Assembly: GCA_965248265.1 (NCBI GenBank)
Contig: CBDFJF010000001.1
Coordinates: forward strand, 64,001 to 128,000
Reading direction: 5' to 3'
DNA: 64,000 nt
Origin: Candidatus Latescibacterota bacterium
Lineage (GTDB): Bacteria > Latescibacterota > UBA2968 > UBA8231
Shown: positions 19,771-29,380 of the stretch, one piece after another
Layout: each line of letters starts with the position of its first letter
Position numbering within the stretch: the first letter of the stretch is position 1
Position numbers and translations under genes: made by a program
Notes under the pieces: model-generated
What the model was told of the DNA's origin: nothing
What the model saw: only the letters and a program-made list of their open reading frames with translations
The model's database searches: none

Positions 19771-20291
19771 GTCTTCACCTCCGCCTTCACTTCCTCCAGA
19801 TCTCTCAGCCCTTCCCACCGGTCCAGGATGGTGCCCCGTTCATCCACGACAATTACCGTGGGAAGGCTGATCACACCGTAGGCCTTAGCCACCTTGTCTT
19901 CTTCGTCGAAGAGGGACGTTGTGGCGAGCGGATTGCGCTTCAGATAGGTCAGAAGGGTCTGCTTTTTCCCGAATGTATTGATCGCCAGCACCTGGAAACT
20001 CTCATCCTTGAAGGTATCCTGCAGCTCGTCCAGCTGCGGCAGCTCTTTCAGGCAGGGTGGACACCAGACCGCCCAGAATGCCAGGAGCAGGACGTCCCCT
20101 TCGTAATCACTGACCTTCCTTGCCTGTCCTTCCAGGGTCTGTCCCAGGTTCTGCGGCGCGGGCTTGGCCTTGTCAGCATCATGGAACCTGCTGTGAACCC
20201 ACTTGCCTGGCCATTCCCACCAGCTTACCTGAGCCACCACTGGTGTATGGAGGGCGATCAATGTGATCAGGATAGTCAAGAGTACAGTCAT
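19725..20291 (-). CDS. TlpA-family thioredoxin-like disulfide reductase
   Basis: Signal peptide, LLAFWAVWCPPCLKELP, YGVISLPT. 3' end overlaps the convergent gene by 46 bp. Confidence 0.9.
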   Translation of the reverse strand: MTVLLTILITLIALHTPVVAQVSWWEWPGKWVHSRFHDADKAKPAPQNLGQTLEGQARKVSDYEGDVLLLAFWAVWCPPCLKELPQLDELQDTFKDESFQVLAINTFGKKQTLLTYLKRNPLATTSLFDEEDKVAKAYGVISLPTVIVVDERGTILDRWEGLRDLEEVKAEVKTYLAESRSRLSRRPS

Positions 20292-20377
20292 TCATTTCCG
20301 CCATGTGCAGGATGCGCTTCTCACCCTCAGACGCGCCATCCTGCAGAAAGTCCCCGGGAGCCAAAGCTTCCCACAGT

Positions 20378-20530
20378 TCACCCTGACTCGGCAGCCTCCT
20401 TGCGCTTGCTCGCCAACGGATGCATTACGCCGGCACCGGCCGGCCAAACCCCCGGCTGTGCTTTCTGACATCGACTGATATGCTGCGCGTGCGGAGACAG
20501 GCGCTCCCACACCTCATGCGGCATGGTCAT
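20378..20530 (-). CDS. Possible 50-aa small protein
   Basis: GAGGAGAG RBS before ATG ACC ATG; no motif. Confidence 0.25.
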   Translation of the reverse strand: MTMPHEVWERLSPHAQHISRCQKAQPGVWPAGAGVMHPLASKRKEAAESG

Positions 20531-21014
20531 CTTGAATTCTCTCTCCTCAGCAGCCCACGCCGGAGCGTACTCGACATTGGGCATGGCCCGGACCTGGCGA
20601 CTCAGATTGGGCGTGGCTCCGTGCCAGGCTCGATTGTGCTGGCGCAGGTGCTCCCGTAGAGCACTTCGGGATCGTCAAACACACGACGTATCGGAGAACG
20701 CGGATCCGCGATGCCCGGCCTGCGCTCCTCAGCGCTCAGTCGGCGCCCGTCCTCATCGACGATCTCGTTCGCTTCAGTTCGAGCGCACCATCCTACCGGA
20801 GTGTCTTCGTTATACGGTCAGACCATCCAGTTCAGTCAATCTGACGGCCGTCTGATTCATGTTTCCTAATTTACCCTGGCTGCTCGGGCGCGTGAAGGTC
20901 GGCCCAGGGCAACACCTCGAAAACGAAGGGAGTCCCTCTTTATCTTCAGGGGCATGTTAATGTAATATGCAAGAATAGTCTGTCGCTTCATTACCCGAAA
21001 ACAATTGAGTTCCC

Positions 21015-21749
21015 ATGAAGAGAGATTGGTGTAATCGTGAATTCCGCAAGTTCGTCGCCCTCGGGGAAAGCACCACGGCCGGCGGCTGGAGTTCAAGCCG
21101 GGAACGCTGCTGGGTATCGCGGCTACAAGAGTTGATCGACGACATCCAGGAGCAACCGGTCGAGGTCCTAAACGCTGGCATCGGCGCCAACCTGATCTCC
21201 ACCCAGGCCCCCTGCTATTCGATAAGCGGTCAACCTGCCGCCGACGCCCGCCTGGAGAAACACGTAATCGCAGAGAGACCCGATCTCCTGGTCATCTCCT
21301 ACGGATTGAACGACGCCCGGGGAGGCACGCCCCTCGATGTTTTTTGCCAGGTGATGGTCTCCCTCATTCGCCGCGTCCGCGAAAAGATTGACCCGGTCAT
21401 CCTCCTGCCCGGTCCCTACTTCATGACCGATTTCAGCGTCGGCGGCGCCGACTGGAGCCATGCTGATCTGGACCTGTTCTCCACGTTCAATCAAGCCGTC
21501 GCCGGAGTAGCAGCCGAAGAGGATTGCTTGTATGTCAACTTGCTGGAGGCCTACGGCGGTGCCGAATGGATGGTCCACTACGACGGCGTCCACGCCAATG
21601 ATGTGGGCCACCGCGTCGTTGCCAACCGGATGTTCGAGGTCCTGGCACAGAACTGTTCAGGCCTGGCCAGGTGGACGAAACAGCAGGAGAGAAGCATCCC
21701 GCGCTGGCGGGACGAGTCCAGCCTCAAGATTGGCTTCGCCGATCGTTGA
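21015..21749 (+). CDS. SGNH/GDSL hydrolase family protein
   Basis: ALGESTTAG (block I), NAGIG, YGLND, DGVHAN. Confidence 0.9.
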   Translation: MKRDWCNREFRKFVALGESTTAGGWSSSRERCWVSRLQELIDDIQEQPVEVLNAGIGANLISTQAPCYSISGQPAADARLEKHVIAERPDLLVISYGLNDARGGTPLDVFCQVMVSLIRRVREKIDPVILLPGPYFMTDFSVGGADWSHADLDLFSTFNQAVAGVAAEEDCLYVNLLEAYGGAEWMVHYDGVHANDVGHRVVANRMFEVLAQNCSGLARWTKQQERSIPRWRDESSLKIGFADR

Positions 21750-21855
21750 GACGGACCCGGTCTCAGCTCCGCTCCCTGACACCCTCGCTCGCTGCCACGC
21801 CCTTTTCTCACCAGATTGTCCGAGCAGACAGCTTCCCGACTACAACGGGGTCGTG

Positions 21856-22674
21856 ATGGCGACAACCACACACCTGACCACAGAGCAGATTCAGCACTAT
21901 CGCGAACGGGGTTATATCGGTGGACCCCGGGTTCTCGACGACAACCAGATCGCCCGCCTGAAATCGCGTATTGACGGGCATCTAGATGGCAGTGTCACTC
22001 ACCCCGCCCACCTGCGGGGCGAAACGGTGGAGCAGTCCCGGAAGAAAGGGCAACTCCCTTCGCAAAAGGTGGTAAACCTGTTCCGCCACGATCAGGTCTT
22101 CGCCGATATCCTGGCAAACGAGGCGATCGGCTCGCTCGCTCATGACCTGGGGGACGGACCGGTGCGCGTCTGGGAAGACCAGATGATCTACAAACCGCCG
22201 CGGGAGGAAGACGCGGTGCTCGCCTGGCACCGCGACTACACCTTCTGGGATCACGTCGGTCCGGCCGAGCTGTTCACCTGTTGGATCGCCCTCGACGACG
22301 CCACCGTTGCCAACGGCTGTATGCAGGTGATACCGGGTAGCCATTTATGGGAGATGCCGTTCACTCGCGAGGAGGTCGCCGTCGACGATCCGCACTGGGT
22401 ACTCAAGCAGGGCGGAGTTCCCGACGGCGCCGATGTCACTCCAATGCCGTGTGAAGTGAAGGCCGGACATTGCCATTTCCACCACTGCAAGACGCTGCAC
22501 GGATCGTACGGCAACCGCACGGACAACCCCCGTTACAGTTACATCCTGCACCTCATGCCCGGCACCACGCGCCGCATCGGCGACAGCTGGAACGAGCGCA
22601 TGGCCCGCGTCGAGAACGTCGCCGTAGGCGAAATCGTTCACGGGCCCCAGTACCCCGAGTTGGTGCGGGTTTAG
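21856..22674 (+). CDS. Phytanoyl-CoA dioxygenase (PhyH) family Fe(II)/2OG enzyme
   Basis: WHRD, WIALDDATVANGCMQVIPGSH, LHGS..N.TDNPR. Confidence 0.92.
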   Translation: MATTTHLTTEQIQHYRERGYIGGPRVLDDNQIARLKSRIDGHLDGSVTHPAHLRGETVEQSRKKGQLPSQKVVNLFRHDQVFADILANEAIGSLAHDLGDGPVRVWEDQMIYKPPREEDAVLAWHRDYTFWDHVGPAELFTCWIALDDATVANGCMQVIPGSHLWEMPFTREEVAVDDPHWVLKQGGVPDGADVTPMPCEVKAGHCHFHHCKTLHGSYGNRTDNPRYSYILHLMPGTTRRIGDSWNERMARVENVAVGEIVHGPQYPELVRV

Positions 22675-22795
22675 GGGGGACTCGACACCAACCCCCAAAG
22701 CGATATAGACTAATGCCAATGACCGCCCGTCCGTCCGTGGCGTGAGGTATCGATGGCTGCGGTCGGCCTTCGAGCAACCAAGGAAGCAGCGCAAA

Positions 22796-24406
22796 ATGAA
22801 ACTGGCTGAGTTGATCATAGCTGAAGCCCACGATCGCGGACTGCGCCACTTCTTCGGGCTTCCAGGTGGCGGATCACCGCTGGACATGATGGAAGCTGGC
22901 CGCCGTTACGGCGTCGACTTCGTCAGCACCGCCCACGAATCGACCGCGGGCATAGCTGCTGCCTGCTACGGACTGATGAAGGAGACGGCTGGCCTGGCCC
23001 TGGCGGTGAAAGGAGTCGGTGCGGCCAACCTGGCCGGTGGTGCCGCCAACGCCTATTTCGAACGCCTGCCCGTGGTCTGCCTGTGCGAAACCTCGCCAAA
23101 CTCCGTGACGCAGAGGGAGATGGTCCAGCACTGCGATCACGCCGGGTTGTTTGAGGCCGTGACCAAATACCAGGCCACCCTCTCTCCGGCGGAGGGTCCC
23201 GATCTAGTGCGGGAGGCGATCTTCGCCGCCACCGAAGGTCGGCCCGGTCCAGTGCTGCTCAACCTGCCTTCCGATCAGGGGACGGCCGACACCGACAGTT
23301 TTCGACCGGTGGATCCCCCGCCCACACCCTCCGAACCCGATGAACCCTCCCTGGTCGCGGCGCGGGCCTTTGTGGAGGAAACTCGACGCCTGGTGGTTGT
23401 CGCCGGCACCGATGTCCACCGCCACGGTGCGGCCGCACAGCTGCTGGAGTTTGTCGAGAATTCCGGAGCTGCCGTGCTCGTGAACATGGACGCACGTGGT
23501 GTATTTCCGGAATCCGATCCACGATGGGCTGGCGTGCTGATGGGCAACTACATTCCCGGCATCGCCGAGACCGAGATCATGGATCGGGCGGACGGCGTGC
23601 TGCTGGTCGGTGCCGACGCCATGATGACCCATGTTCCCTGGAAGAGTGACCTGCCCACCTGCGAACTGGTGGCCAACAACGAGTACGAAACCCTCTCACC
23701 CTCCCCACGGGTAAGAGTGAACGGCAACCTCAAGAGTGCGCTGAAGGCTCTGTCGGGGATCCGCCGCGAGGGACTGCCGGTCGCCGACATCGAGGCCTCG
23801 AATGACGTTGTGCTGCGGAATTTTAAGCGACCCGACGATGCCCGTTTCGCCCCCCACGACATCCTCGAAATCACCCGTACGCTGATGCCGAGTGACGGAG
23901 TACTGGTTGCGGAGACCGGCATCTTCGTCGCTATGCTCGAACGCCTGTGGCCGGTGGACCGCCGTGGCGCCTACCTGGGCACGGCCGGCGGCCGGACCAT
24001 GGGCCTGACGATGCCTGCCATTCTGGGTGCCAAGCTCGCCCGGCCGGAAGTGCCCATGATCGGACTGGGTGCCGACGGCAGCCTGCTGATGCGGCTGGGC
24101 GAATTGGAAGTCTTGGCCCGCGCCGGCATCGCCGTCCCCCTTATCATTATCAACGATCGAGCCCTGGGTACCATGAAGTCGCGGCAGAAGTCCAGGGGAA
24201 TGGCTGAGTACGAACTGGACCTGCACCCGGTGGATCTGGCCGCCGTCGCCCGGTCGTGTGGCCTGGATGGTATCGCGGTGGAATCGCCGGACAGCTTCGA
24301 ACAAGCACTCAGAAACGCGCTGCATGCCGAGCGCACGACCCTCATCGACGCCCGGGTCGACGCGCAGGCATATCAGGACTGTTTCGGTCCCATGGTCGGT
24401 CTGTAA
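22796..24406 (+). CDS. Thiamine pyrophosphate-binding enzyme (acetolactate synthase large subunit-like)
   Basis: FFGLPGG, AHESTAG, GRPGPVLLNLP, GADGSLLM...IINDRALG TPP motif. Confidence 0.9.
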   Translation: MKLAELIIAEAHDRGLRHFFGLPGGGSPLDMMEAGRRYGVDFVSTAHESTAGIAAACYGLMKETAGLALAVKGVGAANLAGGAANAYFERLPVVCLCETSPNSVTQREMVQHCDHAGLFEAVTKYQATLSPAEGPDLVREAIFAATEGRPGPVLLNLPSDQGTADTDSFRPVDPPPTPSEPDEPSLVAARAFVEETRRLVVVAGTDVHRHGAAAQLLEFVENSGAAVLVNMDARGVFPESDPRWAGVLMGNYIPGIAETEIMDRADGVLLVGADAMMTHVPWKSDLPTCELVANNEYETLSPSPRVRVNGNLKSALKALSGIRREGLPVADIEASNDVVLRNFKRPDDARFAPHDILEITRTLMPSDGVLVAETGIFVAMLERLWPVDRRGAYLGTAGGRTMGLTMPAILGAKLARPEVPMIGLGADGSLLMRLGELEVLARAGIAVPLIIINDRALGTMKSRQKSRGMAEYELDLHPVDLAAVARSCGLDGIAVESPDSFEQALRNALHAERTTLIDARVDAQAYQDCFGPMVGL

Positions 24407-24408
24407 CG

Positions 24409-25767
24409 ATGCCCTCGAACTGGCAGGAAGCGTACACCACCAAGCGCCCAAAGAATCAGATTCTGTTCGACGATGCTCTAAAAGTCGTCGCCGGCGGCGT
24501 CGGCCACGACTTCCGCTTCACACTGCCGTTCCCCCTCTATATCGAACGCGCCGCCGGATCCCGCATGTGGGACGCAGACGGCAACGAGTACATCGACTAC
24601 TGTATGGGGAACGCCGCCCACATGCTCGGCCACAACCCGCCCGAGGTGTTGGCAGCCATTCACGAGGCCGTTGACCTGGGCATGCACTTTGGCGAAGACC
24701 ACCCTTTGCAGTTGGAATGGGCGCGGTTGGTGCAGCAGCTGATTCCGGTCGCCGATCGCGTCCGCTTCGTCAATTCCGGTACCGAGGCCACAATGTTGGC
24801 GTTGCGCCTTGCCCGGGCCTTCACCGGTCGGCGCAAACTCCTCCGCTTCGAAGGGCACTACCACGGCTGGCACGACTACGTCGCCATCGGCGTCGGCCCA
24901 CCGTTCGACGAGCCGATGTCCGCCGGCGTCCCCGACTTCGTCCTCAACTCGGTCGTGGTCGCTCCCACGGACCTGCAGTTCGTGGAAGATACCCTGAAGC
25001 GTGACCGGGATATCGCCGCCATCATCCTCGAACCCTCGGGCGCTTCCTGGGGAACCATCCCCCTGCCCGACAACTTCATACACGGCCTTCGCGGCTTGAC
25101 TGAACAGTACGAAGTGCCGCTCATCTTCGACGAGGTCATCACCGGCTTTCGCTACAGCCCGGGTGGTTACCAGGCTCTTTCCGGTATCACCCCCGACCTC
25201 TGCTCGCTGGGGAAAATCGTCACCGGTGGCATGCCCGGCGCCGCTATCGCCGGCCGCGCTGACCTCATGGACCAGTTCGACGGCCAACGGGCCCGTAGCG
25301 AGAGAGTCATGCACCTGGGCACCTTCAACGGCGCACCTCCCACGGCGGCAGCCGGTATCGCCACCCTCAAGCAGGTGGCAGACGGCCGGCCGAATGCACA
25401 TGCTGACCGCATCGCCGAGCTGCTGCGTCAGGGGTTCAACGAAATCCTGGAGGAGGAGAGAGCCGCCGGGTACGCCTACGGTGAGTCATCGCACTTCCAC
25501 GTCTACCTGGAAGCCCATCCCGGTTCCGGCAGCATCCGGCGCAGTAACCTGTTGACGGCGGATCCAAACGTATTGAAGGGAATCCCATCCGACCTGATCG
25601 GGGCGCTGCAGAAGAACATGCAGATCAACGGGGTGAAGTGGCTGTCCTACAACGGCGGTGTTACCAGTTCTGCCCACACCGACGAGGACGTGGAGGAGAC
25701 ACTGGTGGCGTTTCGTGCTACCGTGAAGGTGCTGGTGCAGGATGAGCTGGTGAGTCGGCTGGCCTAG
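24409..25767 (+). CDS. Class III aminotransferase (glutamate-1-semialdehyde aminomutase-like)
   Basis: DADGNEYIDY, VNSGTEA, FEGHYHG, LIFDEVITGFR, LGKIVTGG, GTFNG. Confidence 0.92.
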   Translation: MPSNWQEAYTTKRPKNQILFDDALKVVAGGVGHDFRFTLPFPLYIERAAGSRMWDADGNEYIDYCMGNAAHMLGHNPPEVLAAIHEAVDLGMHFGEDHPLQLEWARLVQQLIPVADRVRFVNSGTEATMLALRLARAFTGRRKLLRFEGHYHGWHDYVAIGVGPPFDEPMSAGVPDFVLNSVVVAPTDLQFVEDTLKRDRDIAAIILEPSGASWGTIPLPDNFIHGLRGLTEQYEVPLIFDEVITGFRYSPGGYQALSGITPDLCSLGKIVTGGMPGAAIAGRADLMDQFDGQRARSERVMHLGTFNGAPPTAAAGIATLKQVADGRPNAHADRIAELLRQGFNEILEEERAAGYAYGESSHFHVYLEAHPGSGSIRRSNLLTADPNVLKGIPSDLIGALQKNMQINGVKWLSYNGGVTSSAHTDEDVEETLVAFRATVKVLVQDELVSRLA

Positions 25768-25792
25768 CGGCGTTGCCCGCCGTCAGAGAAAT

Positions 25793-26215
25793 TCAAGCGA
25801 CATCTCCGCAACGACCCGACAGGCGTGCATCCCCTTCGGTGATGAAACGAGCACAGTCGCTGAGCGTCGGGCAATCACACCCCGAAACCCCTTCCAGAAC
25901 CTGCTTCATGCGGCGCGCCCGTTCGATCCGCTGGTCGATCTCTTTCAGCTTGGTCCTGGCCAGTTTTCTCCAACGCTGACTCGCCGGGCTCCGCATCGAC
26001 AGACCCTTTAAGAGCTGCTTCATCTCCGCGATCGTGAACCCGGCTTCCTTGGCCAGCTCGATTACGGCCAGGCGTTGCAGTACTTCAGCATCGTAAATTC
26101 GCTGACCACCCAGCCTGGCAGCTCTTGGCAGCAACCCCTGAGTTTCGTAGTAGCGGATGGCGGATGCAGCAACTCCTGATTGCGCTGCGACCTGGCCGAT
26201 TCGAAGATCGCTCAA
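25793..26215 (-). CDS. MerR-family regulator, SoxR-like (Cys cluster CDCPTLSDC)
   Basis: TTG start after AGGGAGAGG. IGQVAAQSGVAASAIRYYETQGLL...GQRIY...AKEAGFTIAEM. Confidence 0.9.
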   Translation of the reverse strand: MSDLRIGQVAAQSGVAASAIRYYETQGLLPRAARLGGQRIYDAEVLQRLAVIELAKEAGFTIAEMKQLLKGLSMRSPASQRWRKLARTKLKEIDQRIERARRMKQVLEGVSGCDCPTLSDCARFITEGDARLSGRCGDVA

Positions 26216-26229
26216 ACTTTTCCTCTCCC

Positions 26230-26260
26230 TTGACTTGAAGTGCACTTTAAGTATTAACGT
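26230..26260 (+). promoter_or_regulatory. MerR/SoxR-type promoter: TTGACT, 19-bp spacer with dyad, TAACGT
   Basis: Dyad ACTTGAAGTG/CACTTTAAGT (26233-26252, 1 mismatch) lies across a 19-bp spacer, the hallmark of MerR-activated promoters. Confidence 0.85.
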
Positions 26261-26283
26261 CTTCAAAGAAAGGAGATTACGCC

Positions 26284-26799
26284 ATGGTAGCAAACAAGAT
26301 AGCAATCCCGCGCTCAGGGCTCCTGTTCATCGTCCTCTCGATGGTTGGAGCCGAAGCTTTAGCTGCACAGGAAATTGAACCGGAGGACGAGCCAGGTATG
26401 TACTGTCGACTCGGCAGCGCCGAGATGCAGGAGCGTCTCGGAGAGATCAGAGGCAACTTCCTGGTACACGTTCGCGGAGTTGAAGAGCTGGAGAACGGAT
26501 ATCTCTACCGCTTCGAGAAAACGACGGACCGCATCCGAATGCTGACGGAGTTCATCGACTTTGAAAGCCGATGTTGTGCCTTCATGGGATTCGATCTTTC
26601 CGTGGAGCCGCGCGCTCAGGAGGTTTCCCTGAGTCTTACAGGGCCGGCCGGAACCAAAGAGTTGCTGGAGTCGATGATGACCTCGGTGGAGTTCGATTGG
26701 CGCGCGGAAGCCGGAGCCGATGGCGGTGGCCCTGTCATCAGCTCCGGAGGTCTGTCTGCTGAGATCGCCAACTGCCTTAGTCGCTTCGTCGGCGAATGA
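26284..26799 (+). CDS. Exported hypothetical protein with Cys-x-Leu and Cys-Cys motifs (MerR target)
   Basis: AAGGAG RBS, signal peptide, YCRL...ELENGYLYRF...FESRCCAFMGFDL...LTGPAGTKELL. Confidence 0.8.
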   Translation: MVANKIAIPRSGLLFIVLSMVGAEALAAQEIEPEDEPGMYCRLGSAEMQERLGEIRGNFLVHVRGVEELENGYLYRFEKTTDRIRMLTEFIDFESRCCAFMGFDLSVEPRAQEVSLSLTGPAGTKELLESMMTSVEFDWRAEAGADGGGPVISSGGLSAEIANCLSRFVGE

Positions 26800-27138
26800 A
26801 TAATACGCAGTTGCGACGAGCGTTTGTGGTTGGACTCTGCAGGTCGTCGAGGCCACAGGACGCCCCTTACTCGAGCGGCCCGAATGGATCGTGGACATGG
26901 CGCTGGAGTGGAAATCCCGTCATCGCCACCAGATGACATCCCCTCGGCATCATTGGCCACTGGTCCTCGACGGCTGGGTGGGTACGCACGAGTCGATGCC
27001 TCCGGGAGTATCCCCCTGACCGATCGGGTACGGTTTCGAGTTGCAGTCGATAATCTCTTGGATACTGAATACGACCATGCCGTCGGGGTCCGCGCCCCGG
27101 GAATCCTGCCACGGGTCGGATTGCACGGGGAGCTATAG
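26796..27138 (+). pseudogene. TonB-dependent receptor relic with two internal deletions
   Basis: Three segments in three frames: MNNTQLRRAFVVGLC (signal, ATGA-coupled), TGRPLLERPEWIVDMALEW, and LGGYARVD...VDNLLDTEYDHAVGVRAPG (TBDR C-terminal signature). Confidence 0.75.
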
Positions 27139-27279
27139 TAAGCGCCTTGACCAGGCTGCAGCCTGGCGTTAAAACAACATCAGTCGCCCACCTGTCCTAT
27201 AACTGTTGAGACCAGGTGTTCGAACAATTCTGCACGAGACAATGGAAAATTTCCGTCAACGCTGTACTGAGAGCCGCTC

Positions 27280-28353
27280 GTGAAGCGGGACGATCGACAA
27301 CTACGAGTCGGGATTCTCGGCTGCGGTCCGATTGCGCAAATGGCTCACTTCGACTCTTGTGCGAAGGCGCGCAATGTCGAACTCCACGCCATCTGCGATG
27401 TCGCCGAAGACCTCCGAGGCAAGATGGAAGCCCTGTGGGAGCCCAAGGTGGCGTATGGCGACTACGATCAGATGCTTGCTGACCCACAGGTCGAAGCCAT
27501 CATCGTGGCGGTCGCCGATCAGTACCATGTCCCGTTGAGTCTGAAGGCCATCGAAGCCGGCAAACATGTGCTGGTGGAGAAGCCGCTGGGCGTCAACCTC
27601 GAGGAATGTGAGGCACTAAGGTCAGGGGTTGCTGGTTCGAGCTTGACTCTGCAGGTCGGCAACAACCGTCGCTTCGATCCCGGAATCGCCTTCGCCAGAG
27701 AATTCGTCGACAACGAACTCGGTGAACGCATGGCCTTCAAGGCCTGGTACTACGACTCGACTTATCGCTATACCATGACGGACAATCTGCAGCCGATTCC
27801 GATATCCAGCAGCCAAAGTCAACGGCCCGAGGACAATCCCAAAGAGAACAAGCATCGCTACTACATTCTTGGCCATGCCAGCCACCTCGTCGACACGGCG
27901 CGGATCCTCGGGGGCGAGATAGTCAGCGTCGAAGCGCGATTACTGGAGCGGTTCGGGGCTTACTGCTGGTTCGTGGGGGTGGAATTCGCCGACGGCAGTC
28001 TCGGTCACCTCGACCTGTGCATTGCCGTACGGGGTGACTTCGAAGAGGGCTTTCGCATCTACGGCGAGCATGGCAGTGTCATCGGTCACGTCTACCTGCC
28101 ATGGTTCCACAAATCCAGCGTCGTCGAGTGTTTTTCCACCAAAGACCGGCAGTACCGCCGGCCGTTGGGCGAAGATGCCTACACCTACAAACTCCAACTC
28201 GAAGCCTTCGCGGATACCATCCTCGACGGGGCTCCGCAGATAGGAGCTGGAATCGACGACAGCCTCGCCGCAATGCAGGCCATGATTGCCATTGCTCGAT
28301 CCGCCGAGTCCGGGGAGCGAGTTCAGCTGGCAGACGTCACCGGAGCCGTGTAA
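27280..28353 (+). CDS. Gfo/Idh/MocA family oxidoreductase
   Basis: VGILGCGPIA, AGKHVLVEKPL, VGNNRRF. Confidence 0.92.
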   Translation: MKRDDRQLRVGILGCGPIAQMAHFDSCAKARNVELHAICDVAEDLRGKMEALWEPKVAYGDYDQMLADPQVEAIIVAVADQYHVPLSLKAIEAGKHVLVEKPLGVNLEECEALRSGVAGSSLTLQVGNNRRFDPGIAFAREFVDNELGERMAFKAWYYDSTYRYTMTDNLQPIPISSSQSQRPEDNPKENKHRYYILGHASHLVDTARILGGEIVSVEARLLERFGAYCWFVGVEFADGSLGHLDLCIAVRGDFEEGFRIYGEHGSVIGHVYLPWFHKSSVVECFSTKDRQYRRPLGEDAYTYKLQLEAFADTILDGAPQIGAGIDDSLAAMQAMIAIARSAESGERVQLADVTGAV

Positions 28354-28385
28354 TTGGCGCTATCACCGCCCCTAAAGCCAAGAAG

Positions 28386-28404
28386 ACGCAAGAATTTCTT
28401 GCGT
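28386..28404. promoter_or_regulatory. Perfect inverted repeat ACGCAAGAA-T-TTCTTGCGT (operator-like)
   Basis: 9-bp arms read directly, immediately followed by TAGAAT (-10-like). Confidence 0.5.
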
Positions 28405-28875
28405 AGAATGGTATGGAAGATGGACGAGTGCAGAGCTCTTCGAGAGACGCCGTCGAAGGGAATGCCACCCTCGACTTGCTGGCCGGGTATCGACTCTGGT
28501 AGTTGCGAAGTGCCGCAAGACACAGCGCTATCATCTGACCAGAAAGCGCCCGCCTGACGCGGAACTGCTCGCACTGCTGCTTGGACGCTCCGGAAAGCTC
28601 CGCGCGCCGGCCATGCATGTGGGGTCCAGGTTCCTGGTCGGCTATAACAGCGAGATGCTGACGAGCGAACTGTAGGAACGTGAGAGCAGCTCGCACTCGG
28701 CTGCTCAATCCTTTCCTAGCTCCACATGCAGTACCACCGGGAAGAGCGAACAGGTCACTTAGATCACCACACACGGCTGCATCCGGGTGCTTCGAATAGT
28801 TCTATGTTTTTGCCTTCCAGAAAGTTACGTTTGGCCTTGCACGACGCTATGATCCCGACTGCTCAGGAGGACTCG

Positions 28876-29380
28876 ATGGCGAAAAAGAGAGTCAACTTGG
28901 GGCCCGATCGCACGCCTCGCCATCAGTGACATAGAGCTGGAAACCCACCCGAAATTCATACAGATCCTGCCCGAGCGTGAAATCGTCTTGCTGCTGGCAT
29001 TCGAGGTCAACTCGACCAACATGTCAGGAAGGATGAGCCTCTGCTACCCCTTCCTGACGATTCAATCACTGCTTCCGCTGATGAATCGACACGGCTATAC
29101 GCGGCAGACCGATCTATCTGATGACGAACTCAAACTCGAAAACCGTCTGCGGCTTGGACCGGCACAGCTGCAAGCTTCGGCGCAGATCGGCAGTGTGGAA
29201 TTGACTGTGGAAGATGCCGGCAACCTGCGAGTCGGCGACGTCATTCGTTCGGGCACACGGACCTCCGACCCGGTGCCTGTCTTGATCGAAGGACAGCCGG
29301 CGTTCCTGGGTAGGCCCTTCGCCGCCGACGACGGCACGCAGATGATCAAGATTGCCGGAGACATGCCGGTGGGCAGCTAG
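28876..29380 (+). pseudogene. fliM: fliM relic (C-terminal part only, out of frame with its ATG)
   Basis: GGAGG-ATG MAKKR, then in the +1 frame ESTWGPIARLAISDIELETHPKFIQILPEREIVLLLAFEV...SGRMSLCYPF...LRVGDVI (end of FliM middle domain plus SpoA domain). Confidence 0.8.

Noticed and set aside
20871-20912. Hairpin with GAGCAGCCAGGG resembling SRP RNA
   Set aside because: Lacks the CAGG-GNRA-AGCAG helix-8 arrangement; no ncRNA family supported.
24409-25767. Calling this gene hemL
   Set aside because: Family motifs only; the context is catabolic and GSA-like paralogs are common.
17444-29380. A flagellar gene cluster
   Set aside because: Only isolated FliF-domain and fliM pieces 10 kb apart; no other fli, flg or flh genes.
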